From NCBI GenBank assembly GCA_014905635.1, contig JABVCE010000005.1, forward strand, positions 558,001 through 622,000: 64,000 nt of DNA. The letters are read 5' to 3'. A program made the translations under genes and the position numbers. Shown here in pieces: positions 12,823-25,844 of this stretch. This DNA comes from Scenedesmus sp. PABB004. Lineage: Eukaryota. The notes beneath the pieces are model-generated. The model did no database searches. It saw nothing but the letters and a program-made list of their open reading frames with translations, and was not told the origin of the DNA. How positions within the stretch are numbered: the first letter of the stretch is position 1; every line of letters starts with the position of its first letter.

Positions 12823-13734
12823 TGCGCGCCGCCGTGGCTGGCCGCCCTGCCGCGCGGCGGCCGCTGCGTGCCCGCCGCCCAGCCGCGCTTCTCAGGCGTC
12901 GTCGCCGCCTGTGGCTGCTGCCAGCGGAAGCTCGCGGCGTGCGGCGCCGCGCCCGCGCCGCCGCCGCGCGCCAGGCCGCCGTCCGACGCGTGCCGCGCCG
13001 CGCGGCTCAGCGGCGCGCCGGCGCCCGGCGCGTCGCTGCCGTCGGCGGCCGCGTCAAACGCGCCGGCGAGGCAGAGCGCGCCGCCGCCGGCGCCGCCCTC
13101 CACCGCCGCGGGCCCCCGCCGGCCGCCGGCCGCGTGCTGCGGCGAGAGGAAGAGCGGCAGCCGGCTCGACCGCGCCTCGCTCGCCTGCGGCTGCACGCTC
13201 TGCGGCTCCCACGCGCCGGCGCCTGGCTGCCGCGGCGGCGTCGTCGCGGCGGCGCCGCCGGCGTCCGAGCGGTGCCGCGCTGCGCGCGCCGCCGCCGCCG
13301 CCGCGTCGGCGCCGCCGCCGCCGTGCGGCGCGGTGCGCGGCCCCGCGTCGGCGCCGCGCTCCTCGCCCAGGCTGTGCCGCCGGCAGAGCGAGGGGTGCGC
13401 CGCGAGCGCCGACGCGGGCAGCCCGCGCGCCGTGGCGGCGCCGCCGCCCGCGGCGGCCATGGGCGTGGTGCAGTCGGACGTCGACGCCTTGCGCTCAAAG
13501 TAAGCCGCTGTCGCGCGCGCCAGGCTCTCGCGGCGCGGCGCCGCCGTCTGCGCGCGGCGGCGGCGGGCGGGCGTGGGCGGCGGCGCGCGAGCAGCGGACG
13601 CGGCGCGCGCGGCGGCGGGCGGGCGCGCGCGCCTGCAGGTGCTGCGCCGCCATCTCGTCCAGCTGCCGGTTCATGCGCGCCAGGTACTCCGCCATGTCCT
13701 CGGGGGCGCGCGGCGGCTCGCCGTGCGCGTCCAT
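8646..13734 (-). CDS. Large low-complexity, probably disordered protein of unknown function (~1600 aa)
   Basis: Exon 1 MDAHGEPP...AQHLQ joins the 1604-aa ORF in frame through a GC-AG intron at 13548-13632. A second in-frame intron is likely at 9157-9279. Ala/Ser/Gly/Gln-rich; C-terminus LDDLLAHVNSLIQEFDRLYA. Confidence 0.7.
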
Positions 13735-14151
13735 GATGGCTCCGCCACGCCGCGCGCCGAGCGCCGCGCCGCGCCTTGCTCCGCTCGATTCGGCGCAGCC
13801 GGCCGCGGGCGTGATGCAGCTACGCGGGGCTACACACCGGCCGCACAGGCGCTGCAGCTGGGCGGGGAGGAGGCGTGCGCCGCGGTGGCGAGTGATGGCT
13901 GGCCGGCACGCCGCGCGCCCTGCAGCTGCGCCTGCGTGCGGGCCTGGCGCGGCGCCGCTCGTGACCAGGCAGCACCGCTGCGTGCTGCGGGCCGCCCCGC
14001 CCGCGGTCTTGAGCGATCCACCGAACGCTTTCGAACGCAGCGGTGCAGGCAGGGGCGCCACGCGCCGCGCACTCGCGGGCTCCGCGGCCGGCGCTCACAC
14101 ACCCCAGCGACCGGCCACATCGCGGGCGCCGAGCCAGCCCCCACGTGCGCC

Positions 14152-16795
14152 ATGCTCCTCCAGCGGCAGCAGCGGGGCGGCGCTGCCGGTGCCGGCGCCG
14201 CCCCCGCGCGCGCGGCGCCGCGGCCGGCACGCCGCCGCTTCGCGCGCGTCGCCGTGCCCTCGACGCCATGCGACCACGCGCGCGGGCGCGCGGGCTCCGG
14301 GCTGCGCGCTGCGAGCACGGAGGTCGCTGCTGAGGCCGCGGCCCACGCGCCTGCTGCCGGGTGCGGCCTGCGACGGGGCCCCGGCGCGCGGGAGGCGCGA
14401 TCTGCCCACCGCGCACAGCAGCGCGTGCGCTGCTGGCGCGGGCCAGCGGCGGCGGCGGCGCCAGCGCCGGCCACTCGCCGCTCGCGCCTCCGACGCGCCG
14501 CACCGCCGCCGCGGCCGCCGCGCACAGCCCCGCGCAGCAGGAGCAGGGCGCGCAGCTGGACGGCTTCGCGTGGGAGCGGTGCTGGTGGCCCGTGCAGACG
14601 GCGGCGGGCGCCGACCCGAGCCGCCCGCAGGCGGTCGAGCTGCTGGGCCGGCAGCTCGTGCTCTGGCTCTCGCCCAGCGGCTGGGTGGTGCAGGACGACG
14701 CCTGCCCCCACCGGCTCGCGCCGCTGTCCGAGGGGCGGTTGGAGAGCGACGGCACGCTCGCGTGCTCGTACCACGGTGCGCCCGCGCGCGCCGGGGTGCC
14801 TTGGCAGGGCCTGCGGGCCGCGCGACCGCGCACGCCGCGCCGCGCGATCCAGGCAGACGACCCGCGCCCGTGCCGAACCACACACAGGCTGGCGGTTCAG
14901 CGCGGGCGGCGCGTGCACCGAGATACCGCAGGCGCTCGACCCCAAGGCCAAGGCGGTCGCGTGTGCGAGCTCGCGTTCCTGCGTGGTGAGCTACCCCGTG
15001 CGTGAGGCCTATGGCCTCATCTGGGCCTGGCCCAGCGCGGGCGCCGCGGCGGCGGCGGAGGCCGCCGCCGCGCCGCTGCCGGTCACGCGCGGGCTCGCCG
15101 ACGCGTGGGCGTCGGGGCGCGCCGCGGCGGGGTCGTGGTACCGCCGCGAGCTGCCCTACAGCTGGGACGTGCTCGTGGAGAACCTCACAGACCCCTGTGA
15201 GCGGGGAGCGGGGGGGGGGGGGGGGGGGACGCGCGCGCAGCGGCGCGCCCGCACGCTGCGCCGGCCGCTGCCGCGCCCCGCCACTGACTGACGCCGCCGG
15301 CGCCCCCCGCCGCACGCGCTGCGCTGCGCTGCGCTGCGCTGCGCTGCGCTGCGCTGCGCTGCGTCCGACGCCGAAGCGCACCTGCCGTTCTCGCACCACA
15401 ACCTCTCGCCCAACCTGCAGCGCGCCAAGGGCGGGGCGATGCCGTTCACGCCGATCGACCCGCCGACCGGCGACGGTGCCGACGCGGCGCGGCCGGCGTT
15501 CAGCCTCGGCCACGCGGCGCCGCTCGCGGCGTTTGAGTTCCCCTCGGGTGCGGGCACCGCGCGCGCGAGAGGCTGCCCGCCGCCCCTGCCCGCGCCGCCG
15601 CGCGCGCGCGCGCGCGCGCCCACGCGCCCCTGCCCACGCGCCGCGCGCTCGCGCGCAGCGATGAGCCCCGGCGGGCGCGTCGCGTTCTGCCCGCCGCTCA
15701 ACATAAACTACGAGTACGACTTTGGCCCGACGGCCAAGATGCAGAACGACCTCATGGCCGTGCCGGCCGGCCCCGGGCGCTCCGTGGCCTACACGTTTGG
15801 CTGGTCCAGCGTGCCCAAGGTCACCAACGCCGACCTGCTGCGCGCCGCGGTCACGAGCCCCGGCGCGCTGCCGCTGCTGCTCGTGCGCGCGCGCTTCCAG
15901 CGGCGCCCCACGTACGAGGCCCACCTCGGCATGAACAAGCTGTTCGACCAGGACTCGGTGCGGGAGAGCGGCACCTGCGGTGCCGCCGCCAGCGCTGCGC
16001 CGGCGGGGCCGCGGGCGGCGCGGCCGGGGCGCGGCGGGCGCCCCGGAGCCGCTCGCGCCTCGCGGCCGTCCGCGCCCGCGCCGCAAACCGCCGCCGCCGC
16101 GCCCGGGCACCCACGCAGGTCTTCCTGAACATGCAGGACCGCCAGCTCGCGCTGCGGGGCAAGCCGACCTGGGCCAAGTCCTACTACATGCCTGCGCCGG
16201 CCGACGGCCTCGTCGTTGCTGGTGGGGCGCGCCGCGGGGCGGGCCGGGCGGCCAGGGGCGCGGCCGCGGCGCCGCCAGCGCAGCGCAGCGCAGTGCGCAC
16301 GCCGTGCAGGCGCGGCTGAGCCGCACTCGCCGCACCCGCGCCCGCGCAGCGCGCCGGTGGGCCGAGGCGGCGCTCAAGCTGCCGCTGGCGGCGGCGGGCG
16401 GCCGCGAGGCGGCGGCGGCGATCTCGCTCTCGGCCGACGCGGCGGCGGCGCCGCGGTTGCCGCCGCGCGCCCTCAACGACCGCCTCTCCCAGCACACGGC
16501 GCACTGCAGCACCTGCCGCACCGCGCTCGAGGGCCTGCAGCGCCGCGCCGCGGCCGCGCGGGTGCTCGCGGGCGCGCTCGCGGCTGCGGCGGTCGGCGTG
16601 CTCGCCGGCGTGCTCCTGCCGGCGCTGCTGGCCGGCGGTGCCGCGGGCGCAGGCGCGGGCGCCGCGGGCGCGGCGGGCGCCGTCACGGCGGCGCTCGCGG
16701 GCGCGGCGGCGGTGGCGTTTGCGGTTGCCAGGGCCGCGGCCGCCAAGGTTGCGGAGTTTGTGTATGTCGAGTTCTCGCATGCAGAAAACCACTGA
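14152..16795 (+). CDS. Pheophorbide a oxygenase / TIC55-like Rieske non-heme iron oxygenase, plastid-targeted, multi-exon
   Basis: Rieske motif DACPHRLAPLSEGR...LACSYH|GWRF; mononuclear iron site ENLTDP|SHLPFSHH; C-terminal QHTAHCSTC, a TM helix and F.YVEFSHA; Arg/Ala-rich transit-peptide-like N-terminus. Confidence 0.88.
15316..15363. repeat. (GCGCT)9 intronic microsatellite
   Basis: Perfect pentamer repeat inside an intron of the PAO-like gene; a long G run lies at ~15209-15228. Confidence 0.95.
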
Positions 16796-16926
16796 AGCGG
16801 TCGCGCAGGAGGGAGCGCAGCGTGCGGGAGAGAGACAGAGAGAGACGGAGAAACGGAGAGAGACGGACCGCGGGCGGGCGGGCGGGCGGGCGGGCAACTC
16901 GCCGTTGACGTTGCACACGCAGCCGC

Positions 16927-18132
16927 TCACGCAGCGGCGCCGCCCGCCTGCTGCGGCGGCGGCGGCGCCAGCGCGCCCGCGTCGACCGCCGCCTCTAGCG
17001 GCAGGTCCAGGGCCCAGCCCTGCTGCTCCGCGTCGCGCTGCTGCGCAGCCACGTGGCCCAGGTAGCTGCGCACGTCCTCGTCGCTCCACTGCATGAGCTG
17101 CGCCGCGAGCTGCAGCGCCGCGTGCGGCACGCCGCCGCCGCGCCACCGCCGCCGGCCGCGACGAGCTGCTGCAGCTGCGCCAGCGGCTGCGCGACGGGCA
17201 GCAGCCGCTCCAGCCACGCGCGGCGCGCGCCGGCGTCAAAGCCCCACTGCGGCACGACGACGAGCGGCACCTCGCTGCTGTGCGCGCCCGTCACCGCGCA
17301 GCGCTCCGAGTAGCGCGCGCGGGCGCGCGCCTGCAGCCGTGCGCGGCCGTCCGCGCCGTACGCGGCCGACAGGTCGGCGCGCCGCGCCCAGCTCGCGGGC
17401 AGCGCGTCGAGGCGCAGGCCGTGCAGCGCGGGGCAGACCGCGACGAGCGCGCCCCAGGTGCCGCTGGGCGCCTGGCCGACGTGCGCGACGACGCCAAAGC
17501 ACGTCTGCGCGCGCGGCGGCGGCCGCGGCGGTCGCGGGCGGCCGTCCGCCGGCGCGGGCCTGCCTGCGCGGCGCTGGTGCCGCGCAGTGCGAGCTGCGCC
17601 GCGGGCGCCGGCGCGCGGCGCGGCGCCGCACCTGGAGCGGGAAGGCCGCGGTGGCGTCGCGGGAGACCCAGCCCAGCAGCGCGCCGTCGAGCGCCTTGAT
17701 CGCGACCGCCCGGGCGTCCGCGGGGTTGCTCGGCGTCCGCGCAAACATGACCGGCCGCCCGGGCGCGAGCGCCGCGACGGCGGCCTGGCGGTCGTCGCCG
17801 AAGCTGACGCCGCGGATGTGCAGGATTTGCCGCGGCGCGCGCGCCACGAGCGCGGCGCGGCGCTCCAGCAGCAGCGGCGCGGCGCTCGCGTCAAAGCTGG
17901 CACCGCCGGCGGCGGTCGCCGCCGTCGCCACGGCGCGCCGGCGTGGCGCAGCGCCGCCCGCCAGCGCCGCCGCTGCCGAGCGCCACTGCTGCGAGCGCGG
18001 CGCGACGCCCGCCGCCGCCGCTGCCGACGCGCAGCGGCGCTGCGGGCGCGCGGCGCAGGCCGCCACGCCGCGCCCGCCAGGCGTCGCCGCCAGACTGATG
18101 ATGCGTGCCAGCCGCGTGCCGAGGGCGCGCAT
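16927..18132 (-). CDS. HIRAN-domain protein with a degenerate HNH-like C-terminal domain; apparent 1-nt frameshift near 17140
   Basis: HIRAN: IRGVSFGDDRQAAVAALAPGRPVMFARTPSNPADARAVAIKALDGALLGWVSR. After one intron: RYSERCAVTG...WGFD...RLLPV and then, in a shifted frame, QWSDEDVRSYL...WALDL. Confidence 0.72.
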
Positions 18133-18580
18133 GGACTGCGCAGAAGCGAGGCGAGCGGGCGGGCGGCGGGCAGCGCTGGCAGCGCTGCCGCTGCTGCCGG
18201 TGCTGCGTGCGCGGCGAGGGAGGCGGTGGCAGGGAGCGCGACCTGCGGTGGAGTGCTGCGGGTCACAGCGACGGACCTCGCACGGCCGCGGGCACGCGGT
18301 TTGCAGAACCAGCCAGGTTCAACACGCGACTGCGCCGCGGCGACGGCAAACTGTCTCTGCCCTCGCCGCGGGCCGTGCCCCCCATTCGCCCTCTGCGAGT
18401 CACGAGCGTGCGAGCCATCGACCGAGCACACTTGCAGGCCGCGCCACACCGCGCAGCAGCGAATTCGCTGCTGCCGCCGCTGCTGCCCGCCGCCGCCAGC
18501 GCCGTGTGGGCGCGCCGCCAACTCCGCCAGCTCCGCCAGCAGCCGCCGCCAGCCTCCGCTGGCTGCCGCCGCCGGCGGCG

Positions 18581-20861
18581 ATGGAGCCGCCGGCGGCCAT
18601 GGAGCCGTCGGAGGCACGCCTGGCCGCCATACGGGCCGCCATCCCGGGGCTGGGCTCGCCCGACACGTGCGCGGCGAGCGCCGCCGCGATCGACCGCGCC
18701 TACCGCAAGCTCTGGTCGGACGTCCACGACCTCGGCACGGTCGGCGCGCTGCGTGCCGGCCTCGCGGCACGCAACGAGCTCTACCTGGGGAATGCGGTGT
18801 CGTCGATTCACCGCCTGCTGGCCAGCCGGCACCCCGCGCCGCGCGAGCCCGCCGCCGCGGGGCACCTGCTCGCCATCCTGTCCGCGCTGCTCACCGACGT
18901 GCCAGCAGCGTTTGCGGCGGAGGGCGTCGGCCACCTGCTGTCCGAGGCAATGGACCCGGGCGAGCTCGTCGTCCCGGCGACCAGCGAGTGCGTGCGCCCG
19001 GCGGCGCCCGCACCGCGCGCCGCGCCGCGCCTGGCCCTCCCACGCGCCGCGCCTGCCCACGCGCCGCGCCTCGCCGTGCCCCACGCGCCGCGCCCCGCCG
19101 GCAGGCTCAACGCGCTGCGCGCGCAGCCGGCGTTTGTCACGCTGGCGCTCAACACCCTGCTCGATCGCCCGACCGCGCGAGACCGGGAGCCGCACGTGAG
19201 CGTGGGCTACATCAATGACCTCATCGCAATCGACGGCGTGGACTACATGACCGCCACCGCGCTGCAGGCGCTGCCGCGCGACAAGTGCGCGCACCGCCGC
19301 ACCAGGCGCCGGGCGCCGCGCCGCGCTGGGCGCCGCGCGCCGACTCTGACGGCGCTGGCGCCGCCGGCCGCGCGCCTGCAGGCCCTTCCGCGCGGCGCTC
19401 TTTCGCGGGCTGGACAGCCCCGACCCGCGCAAGCTGTTCAAGAGCCTTCAGCTGCTGAAGCGGTGCTGCGGAGGCGGCCCGGGCATGCTGGGGGGCTTCG
19501 CCAGGCTGGAGCACGAGCTCGCGCTGCCCTGGAGCCTGGGCCAGCTGCTGGCGCTCGGCGCGGGGCCGCCGCTCGCCGCGGCCTGCAAGACAGTGGCAAG
19601 CCTCGTCAAGCGGCGCGGCGCGGAGCGCTCGCTGCTCGGGCTGCTCCACACGACGCTGCTGGACATATTTGACCTGCTCGCCTCCGATGGCGCCGGCGGC
19701 GCCGGCGGCGGCGCCGGCGGCGAGCGCGGCAGCAGCAGCGGCGGCCGCGAGCGCAGCAGCGGCAGCAGCGGTGGCGGCGGTGGCAGCCGGGGTGGCGACG
19801 CGGGCGGCGGCCCTCTGCAGCAGCAGCTGCAGGGGCCGCAGGAGCAGCAGCGACACCCGGCGAGCAGCGGCGGCACGGCAGCGGCTGCGCCGGCGGGCGC
19901 CGAGGCGGCCGAGGGCGGCTGGCCAACGGAGTTGATCGCGGCGCACGCGGCGGTGGTGCTGCAGGTCTGCCGTCAGGTGCCGGCGCTGGTGACCAGTCTT
20001 TCGCGCATGCGGCACCACGCCGCCAGCGCCGCGGCCGTCGACGTGCTGTGTGCGCTGGGGCCGGCGCCCGTCATGGCAGCGCTCGTGGGCGTCCTGGGGC
20101 ACGCCGACCCGGGCGACTTGGGCGCGCTGGAGCACCTGCTGGACGGCTTTGAGGTGCGTGGGGGGCGTGCGCGCTCGTCTGTGTTGGCGAAGCGCGGCGA
20201 GGCGCGCGCGGCTCCGCCGACGCCCCCTCGCTGCGCCGCCGCGCGCCGCGCGCAGGTCGTGGCCGCGTTCACGGCGCGCAGCCCGGCGCTCGCGGCCGCC
20301 GCGCTCGAGGCGGGCGCGCTGCGCGTGCTTCGCGGCGCGCTGGTCGAGTGGGCGGCGCTGCTGCCCGTTCAGCCCGCGAGCGGCGACGGCAGCGACGGCG
20401 AGCTTGAGCTGGACCCACTGGACCTGGAGCAGCAGCAGGACAGCGGCGGCGGGCCCCTCCGGCCCGGGCAGGCGTCTGCGGCGGAGCAGGAGGCGCAGCA
20501 GGAGTACGTTGACGCCGACGCGGCGCGCGCGGCGGCGGCGGCGCTGAGGCTGCTCGCCACGCTGCTGCGCTCGGCCGCGGCGGGCGCCGGCGGCGGCGGC
20601 GGTGCGGGCGCTGGCGGCGGCGCAGCGCAGGCGGCTGCCGCGTGGGGCGCGCCCGGCGACCTGGAGCGGGTCGTGACGGCGCTGGGCAGGCTGGAGGTCC
20701 TGCAGATGCGCGCGGCCGTCGCGCTCGCCGCCATGGCCGCAACGGGCCTCGCCGCGCGGCCGGCGGCCCTGGGCAGCAGCGCGTGTGCGCCGCCGGCAGC
20801 CGCGGCGGCGGCCGGCGGCGCCGAGCGGGCGGGCGCGGCGCTCGAGGGCCTGCGGTTGTGA
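18581..20861 (+). CDS. Hypothetical alpha-helical (ARM/HEAT-like) protein, multi-exon
   Basis: Coding-like exons (IDRAYRKLWSDVHDLG; YINDLIAIDGVDYMT; LLGLLHTTLLDIFDLL) separated by GT-AG introns. No family recognised. Confidence 0.6.
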
Positions 20862-21274
20862 CGAGCGCGCCACCGCACGAGCTTCGCGTTTACCGCCGCC
20901 CTGCCGCGAACTGCCCCCCGGTCAAGGTGCCCTGCCATCCCGCCGTCCCCGTGACCCGCCCGCAAAAGGTCAACCGCCGCCACGGCCCGCGACCCCAGGT
21001 CGCCCGGCGCGTGGCCCGCGGCCGCGGCGCCCGCCGCGGGCGGCGCCGCGCCTCGCCGCGCGCCGCCGCCCGCCGCCCGCCGCGGCCTCGCCCAGCCGCG
21101 CCGCCCCGCGGCCCGCGGGCGCGCGCCGCCGCCGCCGCCGCCGCTGCGGCGCGCGCGCCGGCGCGCGCCCGCGCCCGCGCGGGCGCATCCTGCCGCCGCT
21201 GCTGCTGCACCGGGCCGGCGCGAGGGTCTTTTGAGCCCCGCGCCGGCCCAGCTCACGCCAGCTCACACGCCAGC

Positions 21275-22513
21275 TCACACGAGCTCAATGATGGCCATCT
21301 CGGTCGCGTCGCCGCGGCGGAGGTACGGCTCGGGCTTGATGCGCGTGTAGCCGCCGGCGCGCTCGCCGTAGCGCTCCGGCGCGGCGGCAAAGAGGTTGGC
21401 CACAATCTCCTTGTCGTACACAAACGCCAGCGCCTGGGGCGGGCAGCGGCGGCAGCGAGGGCGCGCGCGCGCGTTTTAACTTGAGAGCCAAGGCGGCCGC
21501 GCCCCGGGCGTCACAGGGCGGCGAGCGCGCGGCGCGCGGCGCGGGGCGCAGCGCGCACCTGGCGGCGCGCGTGCAAGCTGCCGTCCTTGGCGAGCGTGAT
21601 CATCTTCTCCACGTAGCTGCGGATGACCTTGGCCTTCACCTGCGCGGCGCGTGCGGGCAGCGCGGGGGCGGCGCGGGCGCGTGAGCGCGGGGGCGGGGCG
21701 CGGGGAGCGCGCCGGCTGCGGCCCGGCCACGCCGCTGCTTGGCAGCCCGTCGCGCCGCTGGCTCCCCCTCCAGCTGCCGCCGCCGCTGCAGCTGCTGGCG
21801 CTCCGGCTGCCAGCGTCTCAGCTTGCCGCCGCTGCAGCTGCCGTCGCTGCCGCCGAGCTCGCGCCGTCGCAGCGGCCGCCGCGGCCGCCTCGCCCCGCGC
21901 CGGCCGCCGCGGCCGCCTCGCTCTCCAGCCTCCACGCGCCTCCCTCTGCTGTCGCTGCTCCTCCGGCTGCTGCCACCGCGGCTCCCTCGCGCGCGGGGCC
22001 CGGCGCAGGCGCCGGCGGCGGCGGCAGCAGCGGCGGCGCACCTTGGTCGTCTTGATTTGGCCGTGGCGCAGCGTCTCCGTGACCAGGCTGCGGATGAGCG
22101 CCTTGCGCTGGTCCGCTGGCCGGCCCAGGTGCTTCACGCGGTTGCCGTGGCGCATCATGGTCCACCGCGCGCCCGCGACCGGGGCGGCCACCAGCACGCC
22201 GGCGCCTGCGGGCGCGCCGCGGGCGCCGCATTCAGCGCGCGGCGCGGCGCAGGCGTCGCTGCAGGACCGTCCCCGCCACCACGCCATTGCGCCGCGCCCC
22301 CGGAGCCCTCGCTGCGGGCGCCGGCGGTCGGCATGGCCACCACTCGCGTGCTGCTGGGCGGCGCGCCCCCGCCGCACCGTCGGCGCGCTGCCCCACGGCA
22401 GTGCCGGACATGACGGTGCTGGAGCAGGGAGCCACCACCACGGGCGCCGCCGCGCGGCCAGGGCGGGCCGCCCTCGCGGCGCCCACGCCCGCGCCCGCCT
22501 TGAGCGTCAGCAT
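21275..22513 (-). CDS. PRPL17: Plastid 50S ribosomal protein L17 (4 exons)
   Basis: Transit peptide, then [42 protein letters not shown]...[26 protein letters not shown]...[13 protein letters not shown]...[14 protein letters not shown]. Confidence 0.95.
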
Positions 22514-22942
22514 GCTGCCGCCTTGCGCTCACGAACGAACGCGCTGACGACTCGCCGGACTGGGGGAGAGCGGGGGCGCGCGCGCGAGCTTTTGCTTGGC
22601 CGAGCGCCGACCGCCCGCCTCCTGCACCTCCCGGTCGCGGCGCGCGTCGCGGAGGGCCTGGCCGAGCACTCCTGTCGACTCGGACGACTGGCGCCTGCCG
22701 CGCGGTCGCCGCCGCCGTCCGCGCGCCGGCCGTGCGCGCTACCGGTCGCGCCGGAGCCCAGGGCTGCCCCCCGCGCGCCCGAGCTGACGGCGTGCGTGTG
22801 TGCTGTGTCGAAGGGGGAGGCAGGTCGGGTTGCAGGCCCCCGCGAGCGACCGGGCGGTCTCCTCGGGACCGCCGCGCGCTGGCGACGTGTGCCGCCCGGC
22901 ACCGGCTCGCTGCGCGACGCCCTCCTGGGGGCGAGCGCCCGC

Positions 22943-24443
22943 TCACGCGCCGCCGGGGCGCAGCCGGCGCACGCGCAGCACGCCGTTCTTGAACGCCGGC
23001 CCCGCCTCCATGAGCCCACGGTCGCGCGTCCTGGCTGCGGCGCGCCCGCACGCGCGCCGCGCGCGGCAGTGGCGGCGTGAGCCCGCGGCCGCGCACACGC
23101 CGCAGCGCCGCGCCGCCGCGCCACGCAACGCGCGCGGCCGCCGCACCCTTCTCGGCGCGCGCCTTCTTGCCGCGGCCCTTGGCCTTGACCATGCCCGCCG
23201 CGATGGCCTCGGCAAGCGCGGCCGCCTCGCGGCGCTTGGCTTTCTTGGCCATGCCCAGGCCGATGGCCGCCGCGGTGCGCGGCGCCTTCTCGGCCGCGGC
23301 GCCGATGCGCCGCAGCTCGGCCGCGCGCCAGGCCTTGGCGGCGCGCTTGTCCAGCGCGGACGCGCCTGCGCGCGCGGCGCGGCCGGCCGGCCGGCGGGTG
23401 GCCGTGGGCGGCGGGCGCCACGGGCGGCGCGGCGACAGCGGGGCGGCGCGGCGGCAGCGGGGCGCCGCGCGCGGGCGGGTGCGGGCTGGTGTGCGTGGGC
23501 TCACCCAGCAGCTCGACCTCGCGCTGCATCGCGGCAAACTCCTCGGGGCTGAGCGGCCCGCCGCCCTCGCGCGCGGCGTCGGCCGGCGGCGGCGCGGCGT
23601 CGACGTCGTCAAAGATTTTGGACACCTGCGGCGGCGGCGCCGCCGCGCGCGCAGTGGGACGAGGTGGTGGGGGGGGGGGGGGGAGCGGCCGCCGTCGCGG
23701 GCCGCGCCCGCTGGCCGCAGCCACGCCGCGGGTGCTGCAGCGGGGCGCGCACACCTTGGACGACATAAACTGCTTGCGCAGCTTCGCCTCGAGCCGCCGC
23801 TGCTGCTCCGCCGCCGCCGCGGCCTCCGGCGCGCGGCGCAGTTGCTGCTGCGCCGCCGGCGCCGCGGCGCCGCCGGGCGGGCGCGTGCCGTGCCCGCGCG
23901 CCAGGCCCTTGCGCTTGGACAGGAACGCGTCCAGCCTGCTGGCCGGCTGCTGCTGCTGCCGCTGGCTGTGCTGCTGCGGGGAAGCCGGGCCGGCGGCCGC
24001 GTGGCTCGCCCGCCGCGCTGCGCGGCAGGCGGGCGGCGGGCGGGCGTCAGCGGGCCGCCGCCGGCAGCCGCCGGCTGAGCCGGCGCCCAGCCCACGCGCG
24101 CCCCACCTGCCACGCCCTCGTCCTCGGGGTCGGAGGAGGCGTCGGGGTCGGTGGATTCGCTGGCCGCGTCGCTCGACGGCTCGCCGCTGCTGCTGGGCTG
24201 CGCCGGCGCCGCCTTTGCGCGCTTGGCCTGGGGCTCGTCGTAGTCGTCAAACATGGCCATGAAGCGCTCGCCTGCGAGCGGCCGGGCGGCGTCGAGCGCG
24301 CGCCCCAGCGCGCCGGGCCTCCGCCAGCGGCCGCAGGCGGCGACGGCCGCCGCCGTCGCACCGTGAGCTGCCAGGGCCGCTGGCAGCGCCTCCGGTGCGC
24401 CTGCCTCCGCCTGCTTGGGCTGTCTGGGCGCCTTGCGCTTCAT
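22943..24443 (-). CDS. Faf1/DUF4602 (C1orf131)-like 40S ribosome biogenesis factor, multi-exon
   Basis: Lys-rich N-terminus and acidic tract; REVELL|GASALDKR...RRIGAAAEKAPR...IGLGMAKKAKRRE; C-terminal DRGL...FKNGVLRV. Confidence 0.6.
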
Positions 24444-24638
24444 GGCGCCGCCGCCCGGCCGTGCCGCGTGATGCGCTGCTCGTGCGCCGATTGCAGCGGG
24501 CACGTGCGGCGTGTGCGGCTGTGCCAAGTCACATGTGGCGGCCGGGTGCTTATGCAGCGCCGCGGCAGCTGCGCGCAGCTGGACACCACTCGCGCGGCGC
24601 GACTGAACCGCGCCGGCGCCAGACCGCACTGAACCCTG

Positions 24639-25611
<973 letters not shown>

Positions 25612-25844
25612 TCAGCAACGGCGGCGTCGCGACGGCCGCGGTGCAGCGGCGCGCCGCGCCGCCGCCCGCTCCCGCTGCCTCCCGCGCGGTTGCTTGGCCG
25701 GAGGACAGGCCGCGCGACATCGGGAGACTGGCGCCTGCGCCCGCCGCCCACCGCAGGAGAGCAGCGGAGCAGCGCCATCCCCTGAGCGCGCCGCCGCCGG
25801 CGATGCTACGGCCCTGAGGCCCGCGGCATAAGAGGGAGCGCGTC

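Noticed and set aside
21250..21287. Short (GTGTGAGCTGGC)-like triplication at the PRPL17 stop codon
   Set aside because: Looks like local slippage duplication; too short to support a functional claim.
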